Source: Chrysomallon squamiferum
Taxonomy: Eukaryota; Animalia; Mollusca
DNA: 64,000 nucleotides
NCBI GenBank assembly: GCA_012295275.1
Contig: CM022666.1
Coordinates: 2,542,001 to 2,606,000 of the forward strand
Direction of reading: 5' to 3'
The notes under the pieces were generated by a model that was given only the letters and a program-made list of their open reading frames with translations, made no database searches and had not been told where the DNA came from. Of the stretch, positions 15,601-28,250 are shown in pieces (the first letter of the stretch is position 1; every line of letters begins with the position of its first letter). The position numbers were made by a program, and so were the translations under genes.

Positions 15601-18600
15601 TAATTCCAAATGTCCCAGTTTTTTGGTACAAAAAAAAGGACCAAATTTTAGTTACACAGAATTATTTTAAATTGTATAATCATCAACAATAATATAAAAT
15701 AAAATAATAAAGAAAGTAAAAGAATTTCTTTTGTAGTAAATGAATAAAATAAAATAAAAAGTTACAGCAAACTGGTTGACAAAGATATTGCCTGAAATGA
15801 GACCATTGTAAATGTAATTATATCATAAAATCAATATTAAACATTTATATAATAAACATTTCATAACAAAGCTACCATCTTTTTGCTTCAACATAGCATT
15901 TATAAACCAGGTGACTTAACGATTTGGCATTTTAGTTCAGTATCATTTTATTTCATGAATGATCAAACAATAACTTAATGCTTTAGTGTACAAATTAAGT
16001 TCTAGTTACAAATTTTACAGTAGTATGTATAAAATGTGTAAGTTTTTATTTACATGCTTTGTACATTTTAATTTATTTTTCACATCCATAACCTGAGTGG
16101 AATAAAATAAATGAACTGGATTTTATTTATTGATGGCTATAATATCAAAGATTTATAAAAGTTTTATTAAGCTACTATATAAATAAGCAAGATGACATTC
16201 TTTTTTATTTGAAAATAATTGAAAAAAACAAAACAAAAAACACACCAATATAAAATAAATAAATAAATAAATAAAAATGTGTTTCTTGTATATTTCTGTC
16301 AAAGTTATAATTAGTGTACAGGACAAATTAACAATGTAAACTGAATGTTCAGTTGAATTTTTTTTGTATTTTTATTATTGAAAAGGCCAGGAAGGTCAAT
16401 GCAACCTATGAAAATTTGCTGCCTAATGGAAAATTCCTGAACTATGTGATCACTGAGGTCAAGAGAAGGATTTAGGTTTGACTTAAATGAATAAAACCAT
16501 CATCATATGGCTGTTTTTTGTTTGTTTTCTGTTTTTTTAAATCTGTCTCAATTATTATTAAAATTATTGTTATTTTGTTTTTTTTAAGATTTTAAATTAT
16601 ATTTAATTTTGGAAAATAGGTCAAATGCTCAGTGAAGTGGGATTAAATAAACTGTAACGGTCCTCTGAAAGAAACAGCAAATGTCATTCAAGCATGAATG
16701 TCACCCTAGTGTCAGCTTTAGTTTCCTTTAATACGACAAAGACAATTTATCATCGTGCACTGTACAACACATTAGTTACAGTAATAAAATCATGCTGTCA
16801 GCACTAGAATAGAGTTTTATGAAAGATAAAATGTTTATACAAATAAAATATTTTAATAATTTTTTTTTTTTTTTTTTTTTTTTTAAAGTATTTTTAAAGT
16901 ATTTAGATGATTATAAGTGCTTCTGAACTTGTCCCAACAAAATAAAAACTGACAGTTAAGCCCTAAGCAAGTTTATGTTATTGATTATTTAAAACCAGTA
17001 AAATAAATTACATATATACATACACAGTTATCTGTGGAAGCAAGCAGATGTTAGGGGTTTTATTATCTACATTTCTTTTAAAATTAGTGTTCTTTCTGAT
17101 AAAATTGTTTTTGTTCGTTCTAAACACTATTTTGGCCTGTTATTTCAAACACATCAAAATTCATAACTTGTTTCTTTTTAAGCAAGCAGACCTTGATAAC
17201 AATATTGCAATTTAGTACACCATTACTTATAAACACACACCTACTCATACAACAGGGGAAAAAAATTCACTCTATTATATATATACAAATGATTTCAATA
17301 AACTCTGAAAAGAGAAGTTCTTAGGCTCATGCAACTAAATTCCTCATGACATTGCACCTGGAATCATAATGAAGTCAATTGTTACATTTCACTAGACCAA
17401 TTTAGAAATAGCCATTCCATTTGCACTTGCACAGTGGATATTTACATATCATTAATAGTAATACTGTAACAATTTCACCTCATTAGATTACAGTTTACAA
17501 TGTTATTTACAACTTATTGTCAAATAGCTGTGGTGTATTTTTAAGTAATATATTCATTGGTGTACAAGTTGTTGGATTTCATTTTGTACAGACATTTGCA
17601 CTGCAGTAGCTATAAAAAAAAAATTAAAAAAATTAAAAGTATATTCAGCATTGAACTGCAAAGTGTTTAATGATCTTTAAGCTTTATTGTTCTTTTAGTA
17701 AAACCTAGTGCGAAATTGAAGTTATAAAAAAATAAAAAATAAAAAATAACAGTAAACATTTTGGAGTACTATTTCAACATAAACCAGAAATTTGATAATC
17801 ATGTTATCCTAGTTAAGAATAATGTTTTGAAATAAATAGTTCAAACAGCCAACAAAATGTTTTTAAAAACACATATTGTGAAATAGTTAAGAAACAAACA
17901 AGATAAAAAAAAAATAACCTAACCATAACTGATTCGTCAGTGGTATATGATTTCACAAAAATGTACACAGTAGGATTTAAAAAAAAAAAAAAGTGTCACA
18001 GCTCTACTTCTAGAAAAGGTGACCCCTGAATGACAGTAGCTTTTTAACTAGAAGCCATAAATCCCAGGATACTCTTACATTTACGCTGACATGCATTTCC
18101 CGAAGGCAAGTTTCCTTGTAATGTCCTCTAGATTTCAGTTGTCATTGTCCACTGACCATATCAAAGGTTTTAAATAAGTACATGCTTTCTCAAGTTAATG
18201 GATGAAAATAATTGATTTAAAATTTATATTTATATTCAGGTACACAATAAAGCGTTACAAAATGCATTAGAATTTACTTGAATGACCCTCAATTTATTTA
18301 TTATGCAAATATGACCTCATTTTAGAAACCACTGAAAAACATTAAACAGAGATATATGCTTTATGGGAATATGATGATTTAAAGGTTTTTCTTTCTAGAA
18401 AATTACTGAAAACAAGAATGCTTCCTATCAAAACATTAAACAATATTACTAATTATAAAACCAGACTTACTCTTGTTAATACTTGTTATGCAAGATCTGG
18501 CAAGTAACTGCTTGAATACATCGTTATATCATTCTCAGGAAAATAATTTAGAAATGTTTTATAATAACATATTTGAAATGATGATGACCAAAGAAATATT

Positions 18601-19694
18601 TCATTTATTTAAACTTTTAATATATGGCACATTACTGGGCTATACTAATAATTATATGACAATGGCATTAATTCAACAACTGACATTTTTTTTGGAATAA
18701 AGGTAGTCTTGATATCAAGACCGATTTACGTCTGGTAAATATAAATGTTTTTAGTTACATGGCACTTTAAATATCCTGAGTTATAACAGTATCTGTGATA
18801 TATAATATATTTTCACTGATACAGTACAATTCCAGGGTCTCTCTGATTTCCGTCATAGTTCAGTGTTTTATCATTAGATGCTGACACCCACAATGGCAGT
18901 GAAGAAAAGTTTATTTTTAACTGTAACTGATAAACAGAAACCCACTTCAAAATAATATTTGCAGAACTTTTACTCTGAACTAATCTGAGAACATCAAGTA
19001 TTATGTGATCAATACATGATAATATCTGAGCAAATTAGTTAAACATTAATTTTTAGGAGTGTTATTTTTAATTTACTGTCCTTCTTATTGATTTCTATGT
19101 ATATCGACTATGAAATTCCATGTGTGTACTTCGTAGAATAAAACAAAAATATGTTAAATGAGAATATAATAGATTGTGTACAATTTTTTATTGTAAATAT
19201 ATTTTTTCGTCAAAAAAATAAAACACTGAAAGTAACTAAGGATTGATCCTTTGCATTTAACGATATTTATTCCTCGCTGAACATGATGGCGTGGGTATTA
19301 ACATTTTTAATACGAAAATAGACTGTGGTTTTACAATCTTTTCGGTGTATTTTTCATTAGTTACCAGAAGTGTTTGCTAAATCTTTGTTTTGAGCCGCTT
19401 GAACGACAAAATCCTATCGCTTTTCAAGTATTCTTGGCATTTTAAATCCAGAACGTGGTTTCCAACAAATATAAAAAAATTAGAACAATTCTGCAAATAT
19501 ATTTGGACCTGGACAAGACTTCAACGCGTTCAAGGACACCATGTCATACAATGATACACGAAAATTCATATATTCAGCATAAAATACTACTTACCCCAAC
19601 TTCGTGCACCTCTTCCCAGTAATTTCTTTTCATCTGAATTCCATACAAAATGCAAGAATCCAGTTATTTGCTGTTTCAAAGTTTGTTTCTCCAT
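12398..19694 (-). CDS. ATP1B: Na+/K+-ATPase beta subunit, paralogue A (291 aa, 6 exons)
   Basis: Exons 19595-19694, 15327-15467, 14582-14692, 13671-13840, 13143-13256, 12398-12637; all GT-AG; phases 1,1,1,0,0; 876 nt in total. Motifs FVWNSDEKKLLGRGARSW, TM GLFYLIYYTCLSGFF, PGVGFKP, FGYKEGTPCILLKLNKIFDWIP, GFPMHFYPY, ECKAWAKNI; six ectodomain Cys. Confidence 0.95.
13143..13256 (-). CDS. ATP1B: ATP1B paralogue A exon 5
   Basis: IFDWIPEPYDNNSYPDSMPEDLKAIYNNEAIWISCEGE; cag/gtacgt. Confidence 0.95.
13671..13840 (-). CDS. ATP1B: ATP1B paralogue A exon 4
   Basis: YINPKDEDNIVDCDG...CRV...KCGEDFGYKEGTPCILLKLNK; poly-T-aag acceptor, gtac donor. Confidence 0.95.
14582..14692 (-). CDS. ATP1B: ATP1B paralogue A exon 3
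   Basis: GVGFKPMPDVDTTLIRYERTNAKQVKPYVDHINKFLA; tag/gtaag. Confidence 0.95.
15327..15467 (-). CDS. ATP1B: ATP1B paralogue A exon 2 (TM helix)
   Basis: GEIGLFYLIYYTCLSGFFVGLLAVFYQTLDGHYPKLMGTDSLLKGNP; ttttcag/gtaaga. Confidence 0.95.
19595..19694 (-). CDS. ATP1B: ATP1B paralogue A exon 1
   Basis: caaaATGG start; MEKQTLKQQITGFLHFVWNSDEKKLLGRGARSW; donor G|gtaagt. Confidence 0.92.
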
Positions 19695-19789
19695 TTTGAC
19701 GTTGAGAGGGTAATGGACAATCTAACCTTCAAGGTGCTCAGATGCGCTGTGTGCGAGTTTCGACCAGTCGATCGACGCTTTATGAATGA

Positions 19790-19798
19790 TCACGTGAC
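19790..19798. promoter_or_regulatory. E-box TCACGTGAC (USF/MiT-TFE type) in the CpG-rich promoter of ATP1B paralogue A
   Basis: Motif about 100 nt upstream of the ATG, inside a CpG-rich patch (19700-19840). Confidence 0.4.
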
Positions 19799-20283
19799 CA
19801 ACCGGTTTGACATTTTCACACTGGATGTTACGTACGAGAAAGTAGTAATAGTAGTTTAAATTATTTTTATTTAAAAAAATAAAATAAATGAAGCAATAAA
19901 TATATTAAAATTAAAATAATTCATCTTATTGAAGGCAATCGTAGTAATTGTAACTTTATAATTATGTTTTTATATTTCCATGTCCACTGCAGAATATAAA
20001 AACTATATTAACAATGAACATTTCCCAATCCAGCTAAGGATAAATGTGCAGAATATAAATGCCTGTAAAAGATTTCTTTTCAAACTGATAACAATAGCAA
20101 ATAGGGATTTTCTGTATGCATATATTATTATCCAATAAAAATTATAATTATTATTAAAATATGTTAAGCTGGTTGTTATCATAACAGTTATATTCTTCAT
20201 TCAATCCAAAATGAAATCCAGCAACAATGGTACAAAGTAACAACACTAATAATAATAAAATATATTTTACTAATTTTATATAG

Positions 20284-20315
<32 letters not shown>

Positions 20316-23221
20316 GGTAATTAAATAAAGAAAAACAAGACAAAAGATTTTAATATCAAAATATTGCTTTAATATTGTATAAAAATTATATTATGTACAA
20401 TTTTAAAACTTATTACTGGTTGGCTAAATTTAATCTAACAAAAGAGATTATTCTTTTCTAAAATACAATAACAAGTATACAAAGTATTTCAGAACATTTT
20501 TCTTTTTTTTGTTTAACATTTACTAATAAACATATTAAGTCAATATATTTTTTATACGGTACATGTATCCTAAATACATGTTAATGACACTTTGCAGATG
20601 TACAAAATACCCAAATATCATCTTGTAACATTAAATTTTTATTAGATACTGCTAATTAACATATTTTTGTATTTATCTCAACAGTCAACAGCCCACATAT
20701 ATTATTATTTTTTTTAATTTATTTATTTATTTATTTTTTTTTTTTTTTTTTGTTGTGGGGCATATTTAATATTCATTTTTTGCATCTGGCCACAAATCCA
20801 TCTTTGTTATTACTATAAAGTAATATTCTCAGTTCTTGAAATTCAGGATACTTGAAATATAATTATAAAAAATTTATATTACAATCCAGTTTCTACATGG
20901 CTATATTTAAATGACTGATACATTATTTTAAAAAAACAGAAAGCAGATTCAATAATATTATTTTTTAAATTATGTAAATGTTGTATTATTCTTTGTATCT
21001 GTTTTAAACCATTTATATTATATTTTGTTTCCTGTGATATTATTTCCCTGTTCTTCAAATCAAAATATAAATTTTATCAACACAACCTCATGTAGAGTTC
21101 TAATAGGAACAAGATCAATTATTTTGAAACAGCTGTTCCTATTATAGAATTATACAGTATTAATAATCATCAAAAATACTTTCCTGCCTACAGTTCAACA
21201 CCATAAACATATAACAAAATTCTTTAGTTATGAAAAATATATACTAAGATGATGAATATGCCTGTCACATGTTAAGTTAAATATATTATAAAAAAAAGTT
21301 TATATACTTGTTAAATGTCACACAGTTCATACTTAAATCATTGGTATGTTGCATTTGTAAAACAAAGGGTAAAAAAACCCACACAAGTACATAAGATGAA
21401 CAAACATAATCAGTAAAATATATATACTTAACTAATATGGTTTGCTAGATTCATGATAATGCAAAGTATATACAAGAATATACAAATATACATTTTAACA
21501 TAAAATAAAAACGATTTTGATCTAGAAATAGAAAAACTGCAATGACTTTTTAAAATCTAAACTAAAAAAAAATGAAGGCAAATCAAATCATTACAAATAA
21601 TATTATTAAAGTAATTATTAAAATGATAAAAAGGACAAGTTGTACTAATAATATTAAAGATTTCTGTAACTTGTTTCTCTTTTCTTCTGCCGTAACTGAA
21701 TCAAATACCTTTTTTTTTTAATTATTGTTTATTTCAGCATTATTATTTTTATTTTAACTAAACAAATATAAACTGACAATTTATGTAAAATATTTAAAAC
21801 AATTATAAAAAAAAATCACTTTTCCCCAAAGTTTTGAATGTTTAAAATTAAGTAATATTTTAAAATAGATAAAGTAAATTTTATATATATATAAAATAAT
21901 AAGAAAGATCTGAAATATTAAATTCATCTGCATTGGTTGAATTTTTTTCTTTATTTAGGAGATGTATTAAATATTTTCCAGCATCTGATTTAAATATATC
22001 AATTCAAAAGCCCTGATTATAAATTAATATAACAATACACATAATGGAATGTTTGTGATTAACAAGGCAATGAATTTCAAAAGATTAAGGTAAATAAATT
22101 AACATATGGAATGTTTGCTAATAACAAATAACATAATTTTTTAAAAAGGTTTACAACTAATTCCATTTAAGATTAATCACCATTACTGGTTATGGAGTAA
22201 TGTGAACATTAATAAATTATTACTCCACAAACTGTAAGACCAATTGCTAAAAACAGCTGAAAGCATCAAAAATTACAGTTACATAAAACAGTATAAAAGA
22301 AAGGAATGTATTATGGTTGAATATAGCACCACTATTCAAAAAATTAATTAATGTTAAATAACAATAAATTGGTTGTAATATTTACAATCTTAATTAAAGG
22401 GGCACAACTCTCAGATAATTTGATGAATAAAGAACCATAACTCACACATGAAGATGCACTCAAAAATGAAGTAATTTAGTCAGCATCACAGAAAAACAAA
22501 ATACAATCGATTTTAAAAGTGACTGACAGAAAAACAAATCTAATTTTGTTAGGATATAATATCCATTTTGCTTTCCTTCAGCTAAAAAAAAAAAAAAGAA
22601 AAAAGAAAAACAAAAGAGGAATATCTTGCTTTTTTTGTGGACATATTTTGTACAGTTAAGGAAACTAGTATAAAAAATATTCCATTAATAAATGATAAAG
22701 ACAAATTTAACAGTTTGTTAATGAATGGTACATGGCAAAATATTTTCAAACAATCACAAGGTATCTTAGTTATTAATGATAAAGACATTTTGCAAATTTG
22801 TCTGTAGTGTGTGTGGATTTATATAGTGTTTATATGTGTATATGTGTATGTCTGTGTGCATGTTAGCTTGTATTTGATCATATTTGTAGTTTCAAGATTG
22901 TAATTGTGCTTATGTGTGGCAGAAGAGAAAGCAAAAAATGTCTTACTGATGAAAGAACCTTTTTACATTAGTATGAAATGACACCTATAATTTTATTAAG
23001 TGCTATTAATAATAACATCAAAATCACGAAGGTTACGATTATAAAAATTAAAAATGGAAGATGAGGAAGAAATGACAACAGAGATTTTTTTTTTTTTTGA
23101 TTACCCATGGACAGATTTTTTTTTTTTTTTTTTTTCAAATTTGATAACAGGTAACCATCACAAATACCTGTATGTTCATATTTTTTTTTTTTTTGTTCAA
23201 CTAATTTTAAAAATGAAAAGG

Positions 23222-23461
23222 TTAATCGACAAGCAGCTCAAAATGGACCATTCCTGCCAGCTCGACTCTGTTGTGGTAGATGTTCTTAGCATAAGCTTTG
23301 CACGTGATCATCAACATGATTCCTGGCACTGGTTGTTCAAATCGGACAAACATCAAAGGAGACCGATATCCCTGCTGGTTTAGGAACGGATAATATTTGA
23401 ATGGAAATCCATTTGGAGGATGATATGTTAGTGGACCCATGTTCTCTCGGTCAGTTTCAGT
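23222..23461 (-). CDS. ATP1B: ATP1B paralogue B exon 6 (terminal)
   Basis: TETDRENMGPLTYHPPNGFPFKYYPF...HFELLVD then TAA. Confidence 0.95.
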   Translation of the reverse strand, partial: TETDRENMGPLTYHPPNGFPFKYYPFLNQQGYRSPLMFVRFEQPVPGIMLMITCKAYAKNIYHNRVELAGMVHFELLVD

Positions 23462-25194
23462 CTGCAAAAAAGATATATATATATAATTAAATTAAAAAAA
23501 GTAAATAAATAGTGTTTGATGATGACAAAAAGATTGTCCAGTTTAGTTTTTTTGATCTGTAGTATGGCTGAATTTGATAATTAGAACTTTCAATTTTTTC
23601 TTCATAATGAAAATAAAACAATCATTGAGCTAAGTTACTAACTTTTTTTTTTTCCCACCAAAACAATTATTAAATAAATCATTCAAACATTATATTATTT
23701 GAGAAAGGTAAAATAATATATACAAGCCCAAATAATTAAACAAAATGATATCTGTATTATCAGCTAAATAATAAAATGTAACAAAATATTTATCAAAATG
23801 AAATAATCTAAAATAAAAATTAATTAGAGAACATAATGATCAATTTAAAAATAACAGTGAATATTTTATTTTCCTCAAATAAACACTACCCAGATGCTTT
23901 TAAAAAATTAAGTGTTTTAAAATAATGATACTGCAGTTTCTACACATTAACAAAAAATAGGAGTTTTTTGTTTGTTTGTGTATATGAATATTCCAACACA
24001 CACTTACTTCTCCATAACATTTGACAGAAATAGACCATTGTTCCCAGACATCTGCAATTTCTTGTGGCAAAGTTACATTTGTGAATTCCTCAGGAATCCA
24101 GTTATATATCTGAAAAATACAATTTCACAATGAAATAAAAATGTTAATGGATATCAGATGAAGCAGGCAGATATATTCTTTTTTTGAAATTGCAATCTAA
24201 AGAATATAAAACAATGAAAAAAGCAGTACAATTTTACACATAATGACTATTCAAGAAATAAATGATGAGCTTTGAACTAGAGAGGTCTAACTTTAAAGAA
24301 TTATGAGATGAGTTTGAATCATGTAATTGGAGATACTGAGTAATCCATAACAGTTACATTTAAGTGTACTCATTTGCAGGTTTATGAGTTTTACTTTATG
24401 AGTACCAGTTTGTGTTAGGATTAGTTTGTTCATGCTTGAATATACCTGCACGTAAGTAATTTTTAAAACAGTGTATACATTTATACATTTATTTACACAA
24501 ATGAGAATTTATCTTGCAAATACATTGGTTTATGCAGGATCCCTATTAAAAACTGAAAAAATAAATATTTATTTTTAAATAAATTCAAAAATGTTATTTT
24601 TATTATTTTTATAATTCTGTTTTAAAGAAGAAAAAAGTTCAAAAATAAATATTTTATAATAAATTCAATACAACAACTATTTTTTATAAAAATAAATATA
24701 TAAAAATACTGTTTTATGATAAAATCAAAAATTATAATTAAATAATGAATTCAAAAATAGTATTTTCTAAACTGAAAATTAACAAAATAATAAATTCAAA
24801 TAAACTTTTTTTTTTAATGAATTCAAAAAAATACTGTTTTTTCTAAACTAAGAAAACTGGACTTACCCTAAAAAACAATAACTTATAATAAATTCAAATA
24901 TACAATTTTTTTAATGAATTCAAAATACTGTTTTAGAAATTCAAAATGTGTGTGTGTGTGTGTGTCATTATTAAGAAATTTGGACTTACCCTATTTAGCT
25001 TCAGTAAAATACATGGCTGGCCATCATCAAATCCAAAATTCTGCTGCTTCACACAGGATGATCCTAATACCTCGATTCCAAATCTGCACACTTTTGTTAA
25101 TTCCGTGGTACGTCTGGTTCGAGTTTCACTACAGTCGATGTAGTTTTCTCCTTGCTGGTTTTCATTTTCATAATCTGAAATAATAATAATAATA

Positions 25195-25227
<33 letters not shown>

Positions 25228-27576
25228 CAGAAGAAGAAGAAGAAATGACAATATAATAGTAATAATAACACAACATTAACAAATAATTACAAAAATACAT
25301 TCAAACATACAAGCAAATAAATATGACAGTAATGGTGATAATTATAAAAAAAAAAAAAAAAAAAATAATGATGATGATAATGACTTTGAGAATAATAAAA
25401 TTAATAATAATGATGTTGATAATAATAGTAATGTTCAGGCTAGTAAGAACATTAAGGATAAATGAAAATAATCTGAGATCATAATAACATATTTAAGATC
25501 AAGAATTTTTCTTATAAATAAATAAATACAAAAGAAAAGAAAATATGCTTAAAAATAAAATATCACTGGTATAAAAAAATAAAGTTAAATTCACAACATA
25601 TATAAATAAAAAAAATAAAAAAATAATAATAATAATAATAATAAAATTAAATAATTCAATTAAAAGAAATCATTAAATGAAATAAGTTGTTTGGAAAATG
25701 TTACATCGAAGGTAAGCCTCCATGTGATCCAGATACTGGGTGTATGTTGATGCATCTCCCTTCACGAATCTCACAACAGTTGAGCGAGTGTTTGGCATTG
25801 GACGGAAAGACAAGCCTGCAATAAATAAATTAATAAATAATACAAAAAATCTCAAACAGATATGCAACAGGTACAAAAAATAACTTGAATAATAATCTGA
25901 AACATATGCAACAGGTACAAAAAATAACTTGAATAATAATCTGAAACAAATATGCAACAGGTACAAAAAATAACTTGAATTATAATCTGAAACAGATATG
26001 CAACAGGTACAAAAAATAACTTGAATTATAATCTGAAACAGATATGCAACAGGTAGAAGAAAAAAAAAACCTTTAATAATATATATATTTATATATTAAT
26101 AAAATACTTTTAAGCTAAATAGAGAAAAATATTTATAAATAAATTATTTTTTTACAGGTTAATGGAAATAAAGTATTTGTAATATAAATGCAAAACAAAT
26201 ATTCCTGATATTGAAACAGAAAATTTAAATTAATTTTCTGTCATTAGTCACTGGATTTCAGTTATTTCTGAAATAGTCTACAAATGTATCAGCATTGCTT
26301 TTTTCTCCTTGTAACAAAAGGAAGGGAGTTTTTAAAATATATTTCCCTATAGACAGCACAGCACAGCACATTCCTTGTTCTTTGACATTCTAATCACAGG
26401 AAGTGGATGATAATTGATTACAAATACAAATCCATCATAACTTCATCACACTTAAGACATGTCTGAATGTTTTCGCTGAGTTATTTGTGAGCGATAAAAT
26501 AGCAAAATAACTTACCTGGAACTTTTAAAATGCTGTCAACTCCTTGCAATGTTGGATAGTTCCAATCCACAATCCAGAAAAATATGCTCATAACAATGGC
26601 AAAGAAACCAAACAATACAATGTAGAAACAGGTATAATAAATTAACATCAACACTGAAAAAGAAAGAATGAAACGAAACAGTTATTAGACAGAAGAGAGA
26701 GATTCTAAACAAGTAAATAAAATGTATTTCGTTTTAACGTTTTCCATATTATTCCTGAGATTTGCAAAAAGGTAAAAATGTGATGGCATGCACAAAGAGT
26801 ACTTTCCCCTTTGGTTATAATCAAGAAACGAAGTTTAATGTATTTATATAAAGAAAGATCTATCAACGAATCGAAATAATTGTAATGATATCTCTGTTTT
26901 ATGTAACGAATGAGTTTATCAGAGTGATATATAATTATATTTATTCATGAAAATATTTTACCTTCAAAACATGAACATGCGGAAGTACAAAAAGTAACAA
27001 ATATATAATATTAACTCATCGTCATTAATTATATAACTATCCATAACCATTCTTTGGACAGTTGTTTTTACTGTATTAAAATATCATGCACTAATATTAT
27101 GGTTTACGATTCTTAAGAAGCACAAGTATGAGAGATGGAAGTTTTTCTTGCATATAATAATAATTATCGTCGGTTATCAACCAGCTAAAACTTTAAATTC
27201 CAACCAAAAGTCCATCACTAACTTAAAGCGTTAATCACAAAATAAGAAAATTAACATAAATATATGATAATTATAATTTAAAACTCGTGGGTCGCATTAA
27301 GTTTTTTTCTTTAATTATAAACAAATATGTCTGTAATGTCACTTATGTTTACACTTAGGTAATGTGACCCACTTTTTTGCGAAGTTCCCCGAAAGTTGAA
27401 TACTTACGCCATTGGAACGGTGTGCGAATGCCGAATATTTTACCATTTTCCGGATTATAGCAAAAGTTTTTAATATCTGTCATTCTATCATCCATAGTCG
27501 GCTTGTAAATGGTCTGATCGAGGGCAGTACTTGACTGTGCCCATTCCGAGCTCACACCTGATATTCGGGACGCCAT
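23222..27576 (-). CDS. ATP1B: Na+/K+-ATPase beta subunit, paralogue B (314 aa, 6 exons)
   Basis: Exons 27408-27576, 26516-26653, 25705-25815, 24990-25174, 24008-24109, 23222-23461; phases 1,1,1,0,0; 945 nt in total. Motifs FCYNPENGKIFGIRTPFQW, IYYTCFYIVLFGFF, PGLSFRP, FGFDDGQPCILLKLNRIYNWIP, GFPFKYYPF, TCKAYAKNI. Confidence 0.95.
24008..24109 (-). CDS. ATP1B: ATP1B paralogue B exon 5
   Basis: IYNWIPEEFTNVTLPQEIADVWEQWSISVKCYGE; ttttcag/gtaagt. Confidence 0.95.
24540..24945. repeat. Degenerate AT-rich tandem repeat containing a copy of the exon-4 donor
   Basis: Recurrent aattcaaaa...tactgtttt blocks; tggacttacccta occurs at 24858-24870 and at the true donor 24981-24993. Confidence 0.6.
24990..25174 (-). 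CDS. ATP1B: ATP1B paralogue B exon 4
   Basis: YENENQQGENYIDC...VCRF...SCVKQQNFGFDDGQPCILLKLNR; tttcag/gtaagt. Confidence 0.95.
25705..25815 (-). CDS. ATP1B: ATP1B paralogue B exon 3
   Basis: GLSFRPMPNTRSTVVRFVKGDASTYTQYLDHMEAYLR; ttgcag/gtaac. Confidence 0.95.
25854..26055. repeat. Minisatellite, about 45-bp unit x 4.4
   Basis: Unit aaacagatatgcaacaggtacaaaaaataacttgaat(a/t)ataatctg; ends about 35 nt from the exon-3 acceptor of paralogue B. Confidence 0.95.
26516..26653 (-). CDS. ATP1B: ATP1B paralogue B exon 2 (TM helix)
   Basis: LLMLIYYTCFYIVLFGFFAIVMSIFFWIVDWNYPTLQGVDSILKVP; ttttcag/gtaagt. Confidence 0.93.
27408..27576 (-). CDS. ATP1B: ATP1B paralogue B exon 1
   Basis: gcaaaATGG start; MASRISG...NFCYNPENGKIFGIRTPFQW; donor C|gtaagt. 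Confidence 0.88.
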
Positions 27577-27881
27577 TTTGCCGTTTGAATGCTTCCGTTG
27601 ACTCACAGGTAAGATGATTACAGGTAAGTTGACTGGTTAGGCGACACATGACAAATATCTCATACTGTAGACGGAACCGTTTAGTAAAACCAGTATATAA
27701 AGAGGCCCGATTTTGCGCCAGGAATGTAAATTGTAGGGTCATTTCTGATAACTATTTCAAAAAAGGAATGAATAAATAAAATAACGACTTACAAACATTA
27801 AAAACTAAATCTGAATCAAAGTTATCTGTTGTAAGTGTGTGTATGTGTGTGTGTGTACAAATACATATATATCTATATCTA

Positions 27882-27912
<31 letters not shown>

Positions 27913-27959
27913 TATCTATTATTATTATTATTATTATTATTATTTTAATAGCTCAAAGC

Positions 27960-28250
27960 ATAGGCCGTGCAGCTGATATGTAATTAATGCTCAGTTACAG
28001 AAATTGTGGGGTCGATCTCTCACGTTGGATGAATTCAATTATTTCTCGTTACAACCAGTGCTCAACAATTGGTTTAAGAAACTATTTATTCTCCTGTCCA
28101 TGGGATGGTGCAAATCAGATATCCCTTGCTGTTAATCAGAAAGTAGCAGCCCAAAGAAGTGACAGTAGTGGGTTTCCTATCTCGTACTTAACCATTTGAT
28201 GCAGTATAACCATAAATAAAATGTGATAATTTCGTCAATAATTAAAACAA
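27960..28250 (+). mobile_element. Degenerate tRNA-derived SINE (MetaSINE-like), best-preserved copy in the window
   Basis: B-box-like gggtcgatctc, then tatttctcgttacaaccagtgctc...ctgtccatgggatggtgca...atcccttgctg, ending taaccataaataaaatgtg. Related copies occur elsewhere in the window. Family name is from memory of molluscan MetaSINEs. Confidence 0.65.

Noticed and set aside
27577-27606. ORF-track N-terminal extension MSQRKHSNGK of ATP1B-B
   Set aside because: It starts at GTG; the first ATG (27576) has a good aaaATGG context.
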